DNA of 64,000 nucleotides, from the NCBI RefSeq assembly GCF_036321535.1, contig NC_087437.1:2294001-2358000 (forward strand), written 5' to 3'. Below are positions 12,882-26,970 of the stretch, in pieces (within the stretch, counting starts at the first letter, position 1; each line of letters opens with the position of its first letter). The notes beneath the pieces were generated by a model. That model searched no databases and was not told the origin of the DNA. It was given only the letters and a program-made list of their open reading frames with translations. The translations under genes were made by a program, and so were the position numbers. The stretch comes from Camelus dromedarius. Its lineage: Eukaryota.

Positions 12882-15009
12882 TTAACTATATTGTACTGAC
12901 ATGAACTTCCTCTTTTGTAACCTGTGTATATGTATTATGAAAAAAAAAAGACATCTACATTAGAAGTTTCAGTTATCTCTTTTAACTGGAATCCAATGAA
13001 GACAACCACTGGAAAAATAATGAAACAAGAAGATAATATGCCCAGCTGCCCAAGGCTTCAGTTCTGTTCCCCAAATTAAACAGCAGCATTATAGACATAC
13101 CCCTGGTTCAGGAGACATGCATGATATGCTGCCCAAGAGGGCTTCTCCACCATACAATTAGCCAAGGAAAAACTTCTGAATTATCCCTAAGCCTGACCTG
13201 ACTCAGAGCAGACAAAGACTAACTCATCTTCCAGCCTCCTAAGACAAGATTTTAGGACCCAGCTGGCACCATGAAGCAAGCTGGTCACAGGGCAGAGATG
13301 GAGTTTGGTGCTGCAGAAGTGCAGCTCCCAACACCCCCAGAGCCTGCCCTCCAACAAGCATCTGCCTATAATGTAAGCAAGGCTGAAATCTGCATTCACT
13401 TCTGTAACATAATTGAGCAAAGCATGCTCTCCACCTGACGCATCTGAGCTCACCCTCCATGTTCCCTTGGCCCCCGCCCTGCTGAGTTATCACCACCTGA
13501 CATGCTAGTATACATTTGCTCATTTACTGGTTTTGGTTTGTTCTCCTTCCACTACAAAGAAAACTCCGTGTGGCACAGGGATTTTGTTCAATGTTGTATT
13601 ACCTTTGCCTACAACAGTGCCTGGAACACAGTAGGTTCTTTAATAAATATCTGTTGAATAAACAAATGAATCCATAATACCAGTATCTCTACTTCTGATT
13701 ACACTAAGAGCTGACCACAAATAAGTTCCAGAGGACACCTTAAAGCTAATGAAACTTTCTTTCAAAAAACCCATTTCAGCCATAATCCCAGCGCAACGCT
13801 AAACCACGTCTTTCATCAACCAGTAAGCAGTCAGGGTACAACTGTGAGCTTCCTGCTAGACGGGGGCTGGAGCAGGAACACGAATGTCCTCCATACACAA
13901 GCACACCCAGGGACACTGCAACTAGCATGCTAATGATGCTGGGTTGTTGTTCCCATCCGACTCTGCCACGTGGCAAGCCTCAGTAAAGGGGATCCCAGTG
14001 GGGCTTCTTGCAACCAAGAGATCCTGATCCTCACAACCAATTAATTGCATCAAGGTACCTACAGTCCCTACCACTAGCCATCCTTGGATTCCTGTCTAGC
14101 TCTCTTACAGACATTTATACCAGCAAAATCTACTGAGCCAGGATCCCCTGATGCAGCCCCTTTCAAAGGACACTCTGGTCAATTTGAGGGGCAGAGAGAA
14201 AGCAAACACATCACACTAAGGCCTCACAGAAATGTCTGGAATCTTGGGAAAATTAACCAAGTTAACTCACACTACTAACAAAAAAGAAGAGAGAAGGGTA
14301 GAGGTAACAATGGACACAAAAGAAAAGAATCATCATCCCAGCAGCATGAGAAGATGGAGTGATCGCAGCAGTGAGCAAACTGATCTTAACATTAGTTTCC
14401 TTTGCATCTACACTCAAATTCTAAAAGTTGTTACCCAGATAGCAAATTCACTGAATTACTGTATTCAGTTAATAATTATCTTTTCCCATGATCTCTCCTT
14501 CTCAAAGTTCCAAATAAGGTTTAAGGGGAAAAACAGCAATTATAACTATTTGTCTGAAAATATAGTAAGACTTAATAAGATAATCTGAATTAATTTTTAA
14601 ATTACATATTGTTTTATTTTTTTAAATATAAACAGGTACAACTAGGTTCACAGACTATTTGGCTCTCATATCAGTCCTTGGAGACTGAAGGAATAGCCAA
14701 TATCAGTATAAGCATGTCAATTATTTTCATGTGAATGAAGCTGTAAGCATTTAAGGTAATGAAACAGGTTTCTCCTAATCTATTTCCTTTCTTATTTTTT
14801 AAGCACTGGCATTGTTTTCAAGCAGGTAATGTTCTTGGCAAGACCCTTCTTGGACTACTGGAGTGCAGCCTCACTGTGAGGTTTCACAAAATCTGAACAA
14901 GTGAAATACTTCATTACCACTGTAGTAAGAGTTGACAGAAGGTATAACTACCATTAGAAATGAATGAATTACTTAAGTAGTTAACAATAAAATAATAACT
15001 GTAGCAGCA

Positions 15010-15240
15010 AGTGTTTGCTATACACTGTATTTTGGGCATGCATATTTTTACATCTTTCATGTAATCTTCTCAACAATCTCACAAAAATAAGTAATGTTCC
15101 TGTCACCATTTTACAAATGAGAAACCTGTGTTCCTGAGGTAATGTTACTTGACCAAGGTCCTAGAGCCAGTAAAATAATACAGATGAGAAGAGAACTAAG
15201 GCAGTCTCACGCCCAACCCCACACTCTGAATCACAGCACT
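15010..15240 (-). mobile_element. MIR SINE relic
   Basis: Core ...cattttacaaatgagaaacctgtg...gaggtaatgttacttgaccaaggtc... Confidence 0.7.
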
Positions 15241-18200
15241 GGGCCAGGGGCTCCCTGTTAATTTTAGGAGTCTATTCTAGCTTCTTGGCGGAATCATTTT
15301 TAGGCTATTTGTTGGGCAAAATAATTGAGCCATGCATAATATATACCAATAAAATAAACATATGCATTTATTAAAATTAGTTATGTCCAAAAGTATAAGT
15401 ATGTTTAAGTTTTCAACCTGCCCACTTACAACTCCACTGGTATTTCAAACACTGGAAAAAAGAACCAATGACTACATTATTTCCAGGAGTAACTATGCTC
15501 ACTTAAAACACCAAAATCACACAATCAAAAAAAGATTTTTTAATGTACTGCACAGACCTGAAATTGGCTATAAAAGTAATTCTGACTACCACACTTTTAT
15601 GCACACAGTGTGTAAGTGTGCATTATGCACTTGGCATGTCATGACACTGCTAACATTTTCACAACTGGGCAAACCAGCTACAAGGCTGAGTTGACTAGCT
15701 AATTCTAAATATCTTACTTTGCTTACAGACTTTTGGCAACAGAAGTTACTATTTCAGGAACATATGTATATATAAACCAGATGCATTCCATCCATAAAAA
15801 AAATTGGCCTTTGGATCAGACTGTACTTCAGTGCTTCCAATAGTGCCTTGTACAGAGTAGATGCTCAAAACACATGGGAAGAACAAATTAATTCCTACAA
15901 ACTAAACAACACTTTCTTCACTAACTTTCATTGTGATTTCATGTTAGGTAACCAAATTTTCTGTTTTTCACTACTGTCATGCCATAATCACAAATCCAGA
16001 ATTAGAAAATAATTTTTCCAAATACACTGTTACAAATTTATACTCAAACTCAGACCAGCCCTAAGCATCTGATGTTTTGTCCACTTCCAACTTCCACAGT
16101 AACAAAGTCAGGAAAATGTAATGTAACAAGCTCCCTTCTTCCCTTCTCCAGCTGGGTGAAAAAAACCAGTGGTTCAGAGGACCCAGGAGCTCACCAAGCT
16201 GCTGCAGGTAGCGAGCTCCCCTCCACACTGCTGCTCAACGTCCCTGCTGCAAAAGGGATTGCTGCTGAGATAATTCTCCTGCTGCCTCAGCTATCTGGCT
16301 CTGGGAGCCAAAAACAGCCACACCCCCAAGGCTCTAAATCTCCTGACCTTTCTGTGTGAAGACACAGATCACAAAGACAAAAAAAAAAAAAAAAAAAAAA
16401 AGCAGTAGTTCTCACCTCCTGCTTAGATCAGTTACAAGAGCTAAAACAACCTTTTTTTCCTGAAAAGATTCCATAGTGTAAGTGACAGGACTTCATTAAA
16501 AAATTGTTTTCTAGTTTAATAATACCTATTCCATCCATTTTATTTACATTTACCTCATATTTTCATACACAGTAAAGAGTAAGAAACACTATATCCTGCC
16601 ATTCTTGCTATCTTGAGACCTATTAATAAAGCTGAACAGCATACATAACACACATGCAGAACACACAGTTTAAGAACCATGAAAGGTGCCGTGAAAACTG
16701 TAATAGCCCAAACAGGCTCAGCATTCCAAACAGTAACCACAGTTTTCTACACTTTTACTACATTTATCTTTTGAACAAAACTGTGTTTAAATTTATGTGA
16801 AACACACTCATATTAGAAAGATTAATTACCAGAAATGAAATGTTAAAGTAAGCTCATTTCAATTTTCTTGTACAATAAATCTTATTGAAAAGACACTGAT
16901 AGGATGATTAACAAGTAACAATGGAAATCAAATAATGAAATTACCAAAGTTTAGAGCTAGAAGGCACTTGGGTGGGGGGGGATGTCGAGTCTAGTCCAAT
17001 CTTACATTCAAGGAACAGAGAGAAGGGTCCATGTGGCCTGACTCAAGTCACACAACCAGATCATGAGTCAGGATCTGGAACCCACGTCTGGTAGACCAGG
17101 CCACATCAGCACACAGTTTCAGTGTTTTACACTTCAGTTATAAGAAAGCTTTTAATCTGACTGCCTTAGGTTCAGAAACTTCTGGAGTTTGGCAAAAATA
17201 TCTGGCTGAATATTATTACTTAAAGACTTTTTTTCACACAATATGAATCTAAAAATATTTTACAGCTTAAAATGGATACTAAATTAACTTATCTCTTATT
17301 TGAAAATAATCCACAAATAAGATGTTAGTTGTATCTAAAAATAGGTGTTTTGCTAGCTAACTAGATTATCTACTACAATAATACAACCATAAAAATAACT
17401 TTAAAGGACTGAGTTTTTTCCTAGTCCTCTGCACATGCCAGGTGTTAGAGCGGAAAGACACTGTATCTAAAAAGAAAGAAGCCTGGGCTGGACCCCAGAG
17501 TCTACTGCCTACAAACTTGGAGAAATCACAAATGGGAGCTCAGTCCCTTCAGCTGCAAAACAGATTAAAAACAGGTGGCCTGCCTGATAGGCTGCTTCTG
17601 AACAAGTGGGAAAATGCATCCAAACATACTTTGCTTCTTACAAGTACAATGCAAATGGATCATTATGCTATTACTACTGTGTGGAAGTCCAGAGAATTTT
17701 CTTCTGGTACACACACACTTTCCAGTTTTGACCAACTACTCTAATTCTCAAACATACAATTCCTCAATTTACTGCATAAAAGAATTCTTAAGTCCTGCCA
17801 TAATTTATCTTACTATTTTATTGTGAATGTTATTTACATGCTGTAATACATTTTATAAATGTAGAATCAGGTCAACTATTGACAATATTTTATTTTAATA
17901 CATACAAGGGTGTCCTCAAATAATGGCGTTACTTAATTGTAGCCAATAGCTTATTAAAACCACATACTAAGTTAGGAAAAATTAATTTCCCTCAAATAAT
18001 CCAGTAAAAGAAATATTCTGAAATTTTCCAAGTTTTTGATCATATTAAAAGACCTAAATAAACAGTGGCAAACCAAATTCCTAAGTACATGGAAAAACAG
18101 CCACTTTCAGTGCTCATCACACACTCCTCAGGGGGAAAGAAACTACCACAACTATAGCTAGTAAAAAAATTCTTCCCAAACCAAAAATCAACATAGTAGA

Positions 18201-18751
18201 TGCAGTTAATTCAGGAAGATATTAAAAATACATACACACATGCATATATGTATGTATGTCAAGAGGGTTCAGCATTTATTCACTTTATACTATTCTTATG
18301 AAAAATTACTGAATCTCTAGTCTGAATATTAGAATGAGCAGCATAACTAATTTTAGTTAATTTTAAGGAGTTTCACATTTAATTGTAGGTATGTGTATAA
18401 AGTAGTTTATAACAGCATAAAGTCAGCTCCATAAGTTTGCTATAATGGAATCTGACTTGTTTTCCTGTAACTTATATTTTTCTACTTAACCATCTTTCCC
18501 TAAAAATAAGCTTTCAGTTTCTGTAACTAATATTCTTTAGAAATAACTTCTCCCCTTATTGCAAAATGAGAGAATGTGTTTATGTTTATGTGTTTTTTAA
18601 TTAAAGTGAAAAACACAGGGGAAGGAGAAAAAACCAACAAAAATTTTAATGCAAACTTCTTAACATCATATTTTGTTAATCTGAAGTCCCATGTGACATG
18701 TAAAACTGAAAACCATTAAGGAATTTGACTGTTTTCTATTACACCATTTTA

Positions 18752-19036
<285 letters not shown>

Positions 19037-19979
19037 TCATATCCTAATGTTTGTACCTTCTGACCTATTTGATAGCTCCTTAAATTAAGAACTTTAGGAT
19101 GTTCAATTATATTAAAAACCTTTAATACTACCAACAAGGATATAATACTCAACACAACTGTTGTACGTTAAATGGTATAGAATCCAGTAGTGATTAAAAT
19201 GAGTATCTATAAATCTGGTTTAAGAGAAAATCTTAAAACACATCTTTTTGTAAAGCAATGGAAACAACATTTAATACTCATTTTCACATACGAGATTTTC
19301 ATCAGTTGAGAACCGTAAATTGCAAAAGTAATCTCTGAATGCCCACACCAGGCCTGTCCAGTGGGGCAGCTATTTAGAAATGAGTTCAAAGGAACACTGC
19401 TGAGGCTCTGCTTTGCACCTGCCAGGTGTACGGCAATCAGCCCCCCTGGCATCCTCCAAAGCAGGTGAGAAATTCGTCCTAATGGTGCTCGCCACTGATA
19501 CAGGTAATTAAAGGCTGAGCACACAATACATGGAAACAAATTCACAGGCTGCTGTATTCCTCTGGACGCTTCTTACACAGTCCCAAGAGAACCTAGAGCA
19601 GGCAAGCCTGCCACGAAATGAACAATCAATAACGATTTTGCAGGTAGGCTGAGACCATGGTTATGATATTTCATGGTAGACATGGAAAATTAACATTTTG
19701 GTCCATAAAATTACTTGCTAGCTAACTAACAAAAGTTACTTTTTCCTTAAGAAGAGAGAAAGACTTTTCTTCTTACAGTCAACAAAACTTTCAATCACAA
19801 ACTAAAGCCAGAAGGCAAAGCATAAAACCCTGGTCAACCAACACTGGCCCAGAATACCTGTTTGTTTGCTTTTTTTTTTTTTTAAGTAAACCAGCGAACT
19901 CTCACCACACTGGTCAGCACCATGGTACTCTTTCTCAAGCCGACTTGTTTCAAAACACACATCAGCACTGGTGGAAAAG

Positions 19980-20175
19980 TGAAGAGCACAGACTGTTAGC
20001 CAGGCTGCTGCAGTTTGAAATTTCAGCTCCACACTTAACCAGCTGGGTGGCCTTGCACACCGAATGTCCTGATAATGATAATAATATGTACCTCAAACAG
20101 CTGTGGCGAAGGTTAAGTGCTTTAATACGTGTAAAGTACTGAGAAGAGCTCTGGCAGTGATAGCCAGCTTAACAT
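19980..20175 (+). mobile_element. MIR SINE relic
   Basis: ...tttgaaatttcagctccacacttaaccagctgggtggccttg...tacctcaaacagctgtggcgaaggttaagtg... Confidence 0.65.
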
Positions 20176-20879
20176 CTGCTGCAGTCACCGCACTGACAGT
20201 TCAGTCACGATGAAGAGATGAGCGCCCTTCTTGTGCAGCGTACAACCTCTAACTGAATGTTGCACGGATTCTGCAAACTGAAGACAACAAAGCTCAATTC
20301 CCCCCAAAATAGAAGTTCCACTTCTATATTCTCCCACAGCGAACGCCACTGTCTCCCACCAAGGCAATCAGAAACAAGGCTCTGGGAGTCACAGGGGAGT
20401 TCTTTTCGCCCACAGACCACCTCACACAAGTAACAGCCCCGCCTTGCTGATCCCACCTCCTGCAGAACACTCGGATACCACCTCTCCTTCTCGCCTCCGT
20501 CACCCCATGCCGCACGCAGACAACTGGAGCAGATCCCTAACAGCTCGCTCTGTCTTTACCTTGCCCACCTGCAATTCTGTATTTCTTCAGTGAGATGGCT
20601 ACAGTGGTCTTTCTAAAGTGCAAATCTCAAGTCTTCACCCCTGCTTACACGTGCACATCACCTGCGTTAGCTCTGCTAACCTCGGCCTCTGTCCCCTCCT
20701 TCACAGCATGAGGCCCTTAACTGACCCAGAGTGTATGACTGATAAACGTCTGCTGAACACGTAAAAGGACCACGTCTTCATGGCAAATGGGGTAACTTGT
20801 CTAAACAATTCATTAATCAGAATTTAAAATACATTCAGTTAATTCAATTATGTGATTGTGATCAGTCTCATTAATAAAT

Positions 20880-21320
20880 CAAAAGCTTATTAATTTTATT
20901 AAGTATATATATTCTTTTATATGTATCTTCTATTTCTGCACTCATCCTTGCTATCAGCAAGAGAGGTGTATTAAAAATCTCCCATTTAAAACAGTTATGT
21001 TACTGGATTACATAAGTTTAAAGCTGTAATACATACCTTCCTGATGAATAAAATCTTTCATCATTATAAATTGTCCCTCTGTCTCCAATAGTGCTCTGCT
21101 ATACTAATATATACTAATAACCACACCAAGCCTACCCTTCATCTTTGCACGTATGTGTTTTGTCCATCCTTTCACTTTCAAATGTTCCATTTCCTTATAC
21201 TTTAGGTTTACCTCTTATAAACAGTTATCTATGGGTTTAATTCATGTATGAACACTAGTAACCCTTTTACTGATTCCAACTGTTTTATGCTCCTTTCTTA
21301 CCTTCTGCTGGATTAATCTT
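20880..21320 (-). mobile_element. Old L1 ORF2 fragment
   Basis: T-rich antisense L1-like motifs (gagaggtgtattaaaaatctccc; tcattataaattgtccctctgtctc; cctttcactttcaa). Confidence 0.5.
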
Positions 21321-21759
21321 TTTATACCCCTCCTTGCATGCAAACTACTTTATTATTTTTAGTTATTTCATACATTACAATATAGACTACATATCCTTGA
21401 CTCATCAAAATCTAATTATTCCTTTAATTTGTGTACTATTGTTGACTTGTGTATGTATACACACACACACAGTCACAAGACAGCAACTAATCATCCAGCG
21501 TGAAAAGAATCAGACTCAAGGATACATTCAGAGGGACAGATGGGTATTTTGTGATATCCAGACAGCTAGGAAAGAATTACGAAGAAATGGATAGCTGCTT
21601 CTTGATTATTACTATTATATAACTATACTCCTAAAATACTAGTTTCATTTTCTGAATCCAGATCCAGCCAATTACATGCATTAAAATCAACAAGCACTCA
21701 CTGAGGTTGCACTAACTACAGCATTGTTTTGTGGGGGTAACAGTGCCACGCACGATCTG

Positions 21760-21930
21760 TAACAGTGTGTCTCAAACTTTAACATGCTTACAAATTGCCT
21801 TTGTATCTTGTGAAAACTGCAGATTCTTAAAACTAAACCAAAAAACCCTGCAGATTCTGATTCCATAGATCTAGGGTAGGGCTTGAGAATCTCCACAACC
21901 TCCAGATCATGCCAATGCTGCTTTGAACAG
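21760..21930. mobile_element. MER5-like DNA transposon relic
   Basis: cagtgtgtctcaaacttta...cagattctgattccatagatctagggtagggcttgagaatct... Confidence 0.6.
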
Positions 21931-24369
21931 CATTTTTAAAAAATTTAATGGCTTACCTTAATAAAAGAAAGCTATTTTCCAACTAACGCAACTAACAGAT
22001 AACCCAAAAATAAGCTATATTCTGACTACACAATACACTATAGCCACCCCCCCATACATTTACCTTCCTAGGTAAGATTTTGGGGTTTGTGGGTTTTGGT
22101 TTGTTTGGGTTTTTTGTTTTTAAAGACTAATACACACCTCGATGTGTAAGGGTGGTATGGTAGGTGATAAAGAATCTGACGTTCCTTTTAAAATTTGCTG
22201 TAAGTAATCTAAATATGGATTAACTAGCAATAACTATGATTCTCACTTGTGAGTTTTTTTTAAGGTTATTTACTCCACCATCTATTAGAACTACTTAGTA
22301 ACATTACCATCTGTCTGGTGATGTGAAAGAAGATTACGCTTCTAGCACTGAGGCCTCACGACTTATGGTCTGTGTCTGGGCACATTTGCCACAGGCTCAC
22401 TGCCTCCTTTCTCAGCTCAACTGCTGTGTGTGAAATCCACAAAGAGACTCAAGTTCAGTTTCCTCCCACAATGCCAGAAAGCATTTAAGGTGCTCACTCA
22501 TCCATTCCTCTCCTAGAGTAAGACTCCAAAAAGTCAAATAATGTGGGACTCTCTTGTCAACCTGATTTTATAATTAAGCAAATCATCATGGTTTTTATTC
22601 TTTCTAAAGTTTCCATCTTCCCTTTTTATCCAAATGTTAATGAGAAAAAGGATTCAGTTGATCCTGTAACAGAGCTGATGATAAGAAAGTGTTAGGTTGA
22701 ACTAAATGAAATTGCTAGTATCAGACCTCCATTGGCCTACAGAACAGCAATGCCATACGGTTTGCTCTATGTCTACCATATTACATAATCTGTAATCAAT
22801 TAAACTGAAAATCAGCTACAATATTTTAGCCCAAGAATGTGTCACATGTTGCAGTATCAGGTATTTTAATGATAAACTTATATTTAATTCAAAATTATCT
22901 TCAAAATCATTATTTGGAGTTCAATTTCAAAATAATATTCTAAATTGCTTCCAAATATTACAAAAGGCAATTTGTAGAAAGTATGCGGGTAGGGTCGTAC
23001 CTTCACTTTTTTACATTATTCCGAACTATGTGGATCTTTTTTACTATGAGGATATTTTTGAAACTTTAAAAAAAGTTCATTAAAATGTTGTTGGTAATTA
23101 AACAGTTTACTAAAAAATGAAGTAGCTTTCTCATTCTAGCCAAGTTACTATGTTCTAGCAAGAAAGTATAAGAAGTAGAGACCATAACACTAGTAGAGAT
23201 TAGCACTGATTCTAGAGAGAAACGTTCCTTGAACAGATCTGAGACTGGGAGACAGCAAGACTCAAAACAGCAGGGGTTAAAAGGAGAGCAAACACCAAAG
23301 AGAAAAGCCTGGGAGGAGACCCTGAGTGAAAATAACCACCATTTTTAATCTCTGATCTAAGACCCACATGGAGCTCCACCTGTAGCTAACCTGAATTTCT
23401 TTTAGTTATTAGTATGTTGATAGGGGACCACCCTTATGACAGTATTAATCCACATTAGATTTTAAAGAGACAGAACAATATTAAAGAATGAAAATAAATG
23501 AAAATAATTCCAGTTAATTAAAACTACAGCATTCAAAGGTGGAAACTTTTATGTGGCCAAGTTTCTGAAACAGAATCTCCTAAGAAGCAAGGGAAGGGCA
23601 TCCAAGCTTAGGTGGGAAGAAATCTGCAAGGTCCCAAGCAACAAGACACATCTGTAACAAAAGAGAAGAAAAATGCTGAATAGCCAGTTGCACTTTTAAT
23701 GATGGCTGGAGAGAAAGGTACACAAAGGGAGTGACTAAATGGACATCCACGAGGAAGTTCGGTTCAGCAGGGTATCATTAACACCAAGAACAGTGCCTGG
23801 GGCATGGCCTGCATTCAATAAATATTTGTTCAATGAAAAAATGAATGAGTCCATTAGGAATATTTAGAATGTGAAGAAATGGTTCAGAAAGAGAGGGAGA
23901 AACCTGATCAGAGGATAAGGATGAAAGAAGAATTTTTAAAAGGAGGGGCTTATGAGTCAGAAATAAGGAACAGCATGATCCTAGCACAGGATACGTACGT
24001 CTCTTGCTGAAAGTCAGTTTCTCTTACTCATGCACAGAGCACAGTTCCTGCCTCCACAGCAGGTGTTAAATAAACATATATTAAGGTGAAACTATGTTAT
24101 GCTTCTGTAAATTATCTAATTTTAAGGACAAATGAACCGATTTCTTACAACCTTCTAGTTAGGGGCCAATATATATCACCACAGAACACAAACACACACA
24201 TTAATCTACAAACCAAAGCAGCTACAAACAAGATGAAATTGCTCATAAGATCTAAATAAATGCTCAGGTTTATCAGTTCTATACTTTGATTAAATCTGTG
24301 TATTAAATTGTTAGGAATAACAATGGAATGGGGTGAAACATTTATCTTTAAAGCCTGTAATATCAGACT

Positions 24370-25260
24370 TCCACTTCTGACCATTTTAGAGTACCTAGCA
24401 CTAAACTACCTCACTCACTGCAAACCACTATAACAGTGGTCAAAACATACAAAATAACTATTTTCCGACAGTGGAAAACAGGCCGTTCATAACTGTGATC
24501 ACCGAGAAAAGGGAAATAAACTTGGTGAGCCTCACAGTCACCCTGGCTTTCTATCTGGAGACAATTTCCAGAGTATAGTGTAGGGAGGGACAATTTCCAA
24601 AGAACCCAGTGGTCTTGATGAGCTGAGGAGATGGAGATGAGAGTTCAAGGCTACAGAGCTGGCTGGAATTTGTGGGGCAGGCAGTAGAAATAAGAGACCT
24701 ATGTATGTAGAGAAGGGGCTCCACTAATCTGTACCCAGGGATCACTTTGACTCTGGCCAAATACTAAGCTGCACAATCGTCAGGCGAATGTCCAGGAAGC
24801 CACGCAGAGAGCAACCAGCAGGGAGCTGAAAGCTGAACAACTACTAGAAACAGCACAGGACGGCAGACGGAGTGACCAAATCACCTAGCGGGAGAGACCC
24901 TGTTGAACACCACACATGTTCCAGACACCCCAGGAAACCCACGGTTTAGGAGGAAAGCTCAACTGGCCCTACAGCAAAGGCTGCCGTCTACAGGTCCTAG
25001 CAGAGACTGAAACAAACCTCAAAGGATCCAGATGATCTACAAGTTAACTAATGGCCTACCAGGTCAAAATTCAGCATTTTTAAAATGAGGATAACAAAGC
25101 CCAGAAGCTCAACAGCTTAGCATTCTTAACACACATATCCAATCAAAAATCACTAGGCACATAGAGAAGCAGGAAAATGCGGTCTGTATTCAAGAGAAAA
25201 AACAACAAAAACTCATTAGCAGACCCAGAAATGATAGAAATAATGAAATTAGCAGACAGG
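24370..25260 (+). mobile_element. Old L1M-type 5' region / ORF1-start fragment
   Basis: Motifs such as gagaaaagggaaataaac..gagcctcacag..ccctggctttct and caatcaaaaatcactaggcac..agaagcaggaaaatg. Confidence 0.55.
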
Positions 25261-26926
25261 CAATGTCAGAGACTCAGTACAGACACAGTGTTACATACAA
25301 ACATAGGACCTAATTTACATAAATTTCTTTCTGGCCATATATTAGAATAACATGATCCATTCAACAGGTAACTAATCAGGCTAAACTGAGATGAAGCTCC
25401 TAAAAAGGGAAAAAATCTACTACTACTGTAAGAATAAAAGTATTTTCAAGAACCTGATTGCATAGATGCTAATCACTTACTTAGCTGAGTCACACATTCA
25501 CTGCAGTCACTTGGCCTGCAGTAAGTTTAACTTTCACTGATAAAGATACCAGAAGTTTTACAAAAATTACGTAAGTCATTCAAACTGACAAACTACACTG
25601 GTTATAATCAAGAAATAATTCTTTCAAACAAGCTAGGAAACCATTACCATTCAGACTAGATGGTAAGCCAGACCCTGAGATTCCAGCGTGTCTCTCAATG
25701 AAAGAAATGACCACAGAGCTCAAGGCTCTCAGACAGCTGTCCCTCATACTAGTGCTGGTCGGATGATGCAGCCTCACTTACGGTTTACAAGACAGTCGCC
25801 TGAGACAGGACCAGCAGTAGCTGACGGACATGGAACAGGTCAATGCAGCCTAACTAACTTGTGCGCTCAGTGAACGGCACTTCCCTATTTTCAGTCAGAA
25901 GGTGGGGTCTGTGTTCACCTCTCAGGTCAGAGTCATCCGTGGGCAGTGAAGGGGGAGCCCTGGACCCCTCTGGCTGGGAGAGCTGTGGGTCTCAAGCTGC
26001 TCACACTCATCTTTGTGAAGCCCCGTGGTCTTTCTGTATCTCAGATGCCTCTGTACCATGCCAATTTAGCATATTCATTTACAAAACAGGTAAAATGAGA
26101 AATACGTGATTTGGAAAGTTCAACTTGCTACGCAGAAACACACTGGCCTAGGGTTTAAGACTTCCTGTCCCTTGCCGTAACCCCAGCATAAACGCAGCAT
26201 GGTGACAAACAAGTCAGTTTCCTTATACACGAAGTAAGATTCATCATCATCTCGTCCAGTCACATAAATGCAAAGTAGTCCTTCCCTCGTAAAATGCCAT
26301 GGGTTTGAAACGTTACACAGGTCACTGCCAGAGGAAAGGAAAGGTTGTGCTCAAAAGTCTCTGTTTAGAGCTGAAAAGACACATTTTAATAAATGGTGGT
26401 TAGATTCTAACTTATGTCCTTTTTTAAAAAATCTACACAAAAACATAGTAAAAAAAAAAAAAACTTCCAATGTTTTATACACACACACACAGTGTGTGTA
26501 TACGTACATACATATAAAACCTGAATTACCCAAAGATGCTCCCTCCCCCACCCCGCTCCAGGAGTTTTCTTCAGCTCTCCTCACCATCATTTTGCCAGCG
26601 CCCACGCACACTAAACCTGCCTTCCAGAAACCTGAAAGTACAAACAGAAGAGACATGATGTACTGCAACACAGCTAGAAGCTAAAGTATTATGAAGGCTA
26701 CTGTAGAGCTGGACGCTGCCTGCATGGCTGCCTTCCCCTGGGGCAAGAAGAACCAGGAAACAGAAAGAGGCAGCCAGGAGTACAACACAGGCAGAAAGCT
26801 CACCTACCACAGGCTGCCATCACCTTCAGCTCGGCCACAACCGTGTCACTTTAAGAAGTGTCTGAAGATGCTACTGAGTTTCAGGCACATTCAGTTTCTT
26901 TCAAAGAATGCTGCCTCAAACCTTCC

Positions 26927-26970
26927 CTCATCTCTGCCTCTGCCTTCTCTCATCTCTGCCTCTGCCTTCT
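26927..26970. repeat. Tandem duplication of ~21 bp (CTCATCTCTGCCTCTGCCTTC x2)
   Basis: Read directly from the sequence. Confidence 0.85.
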
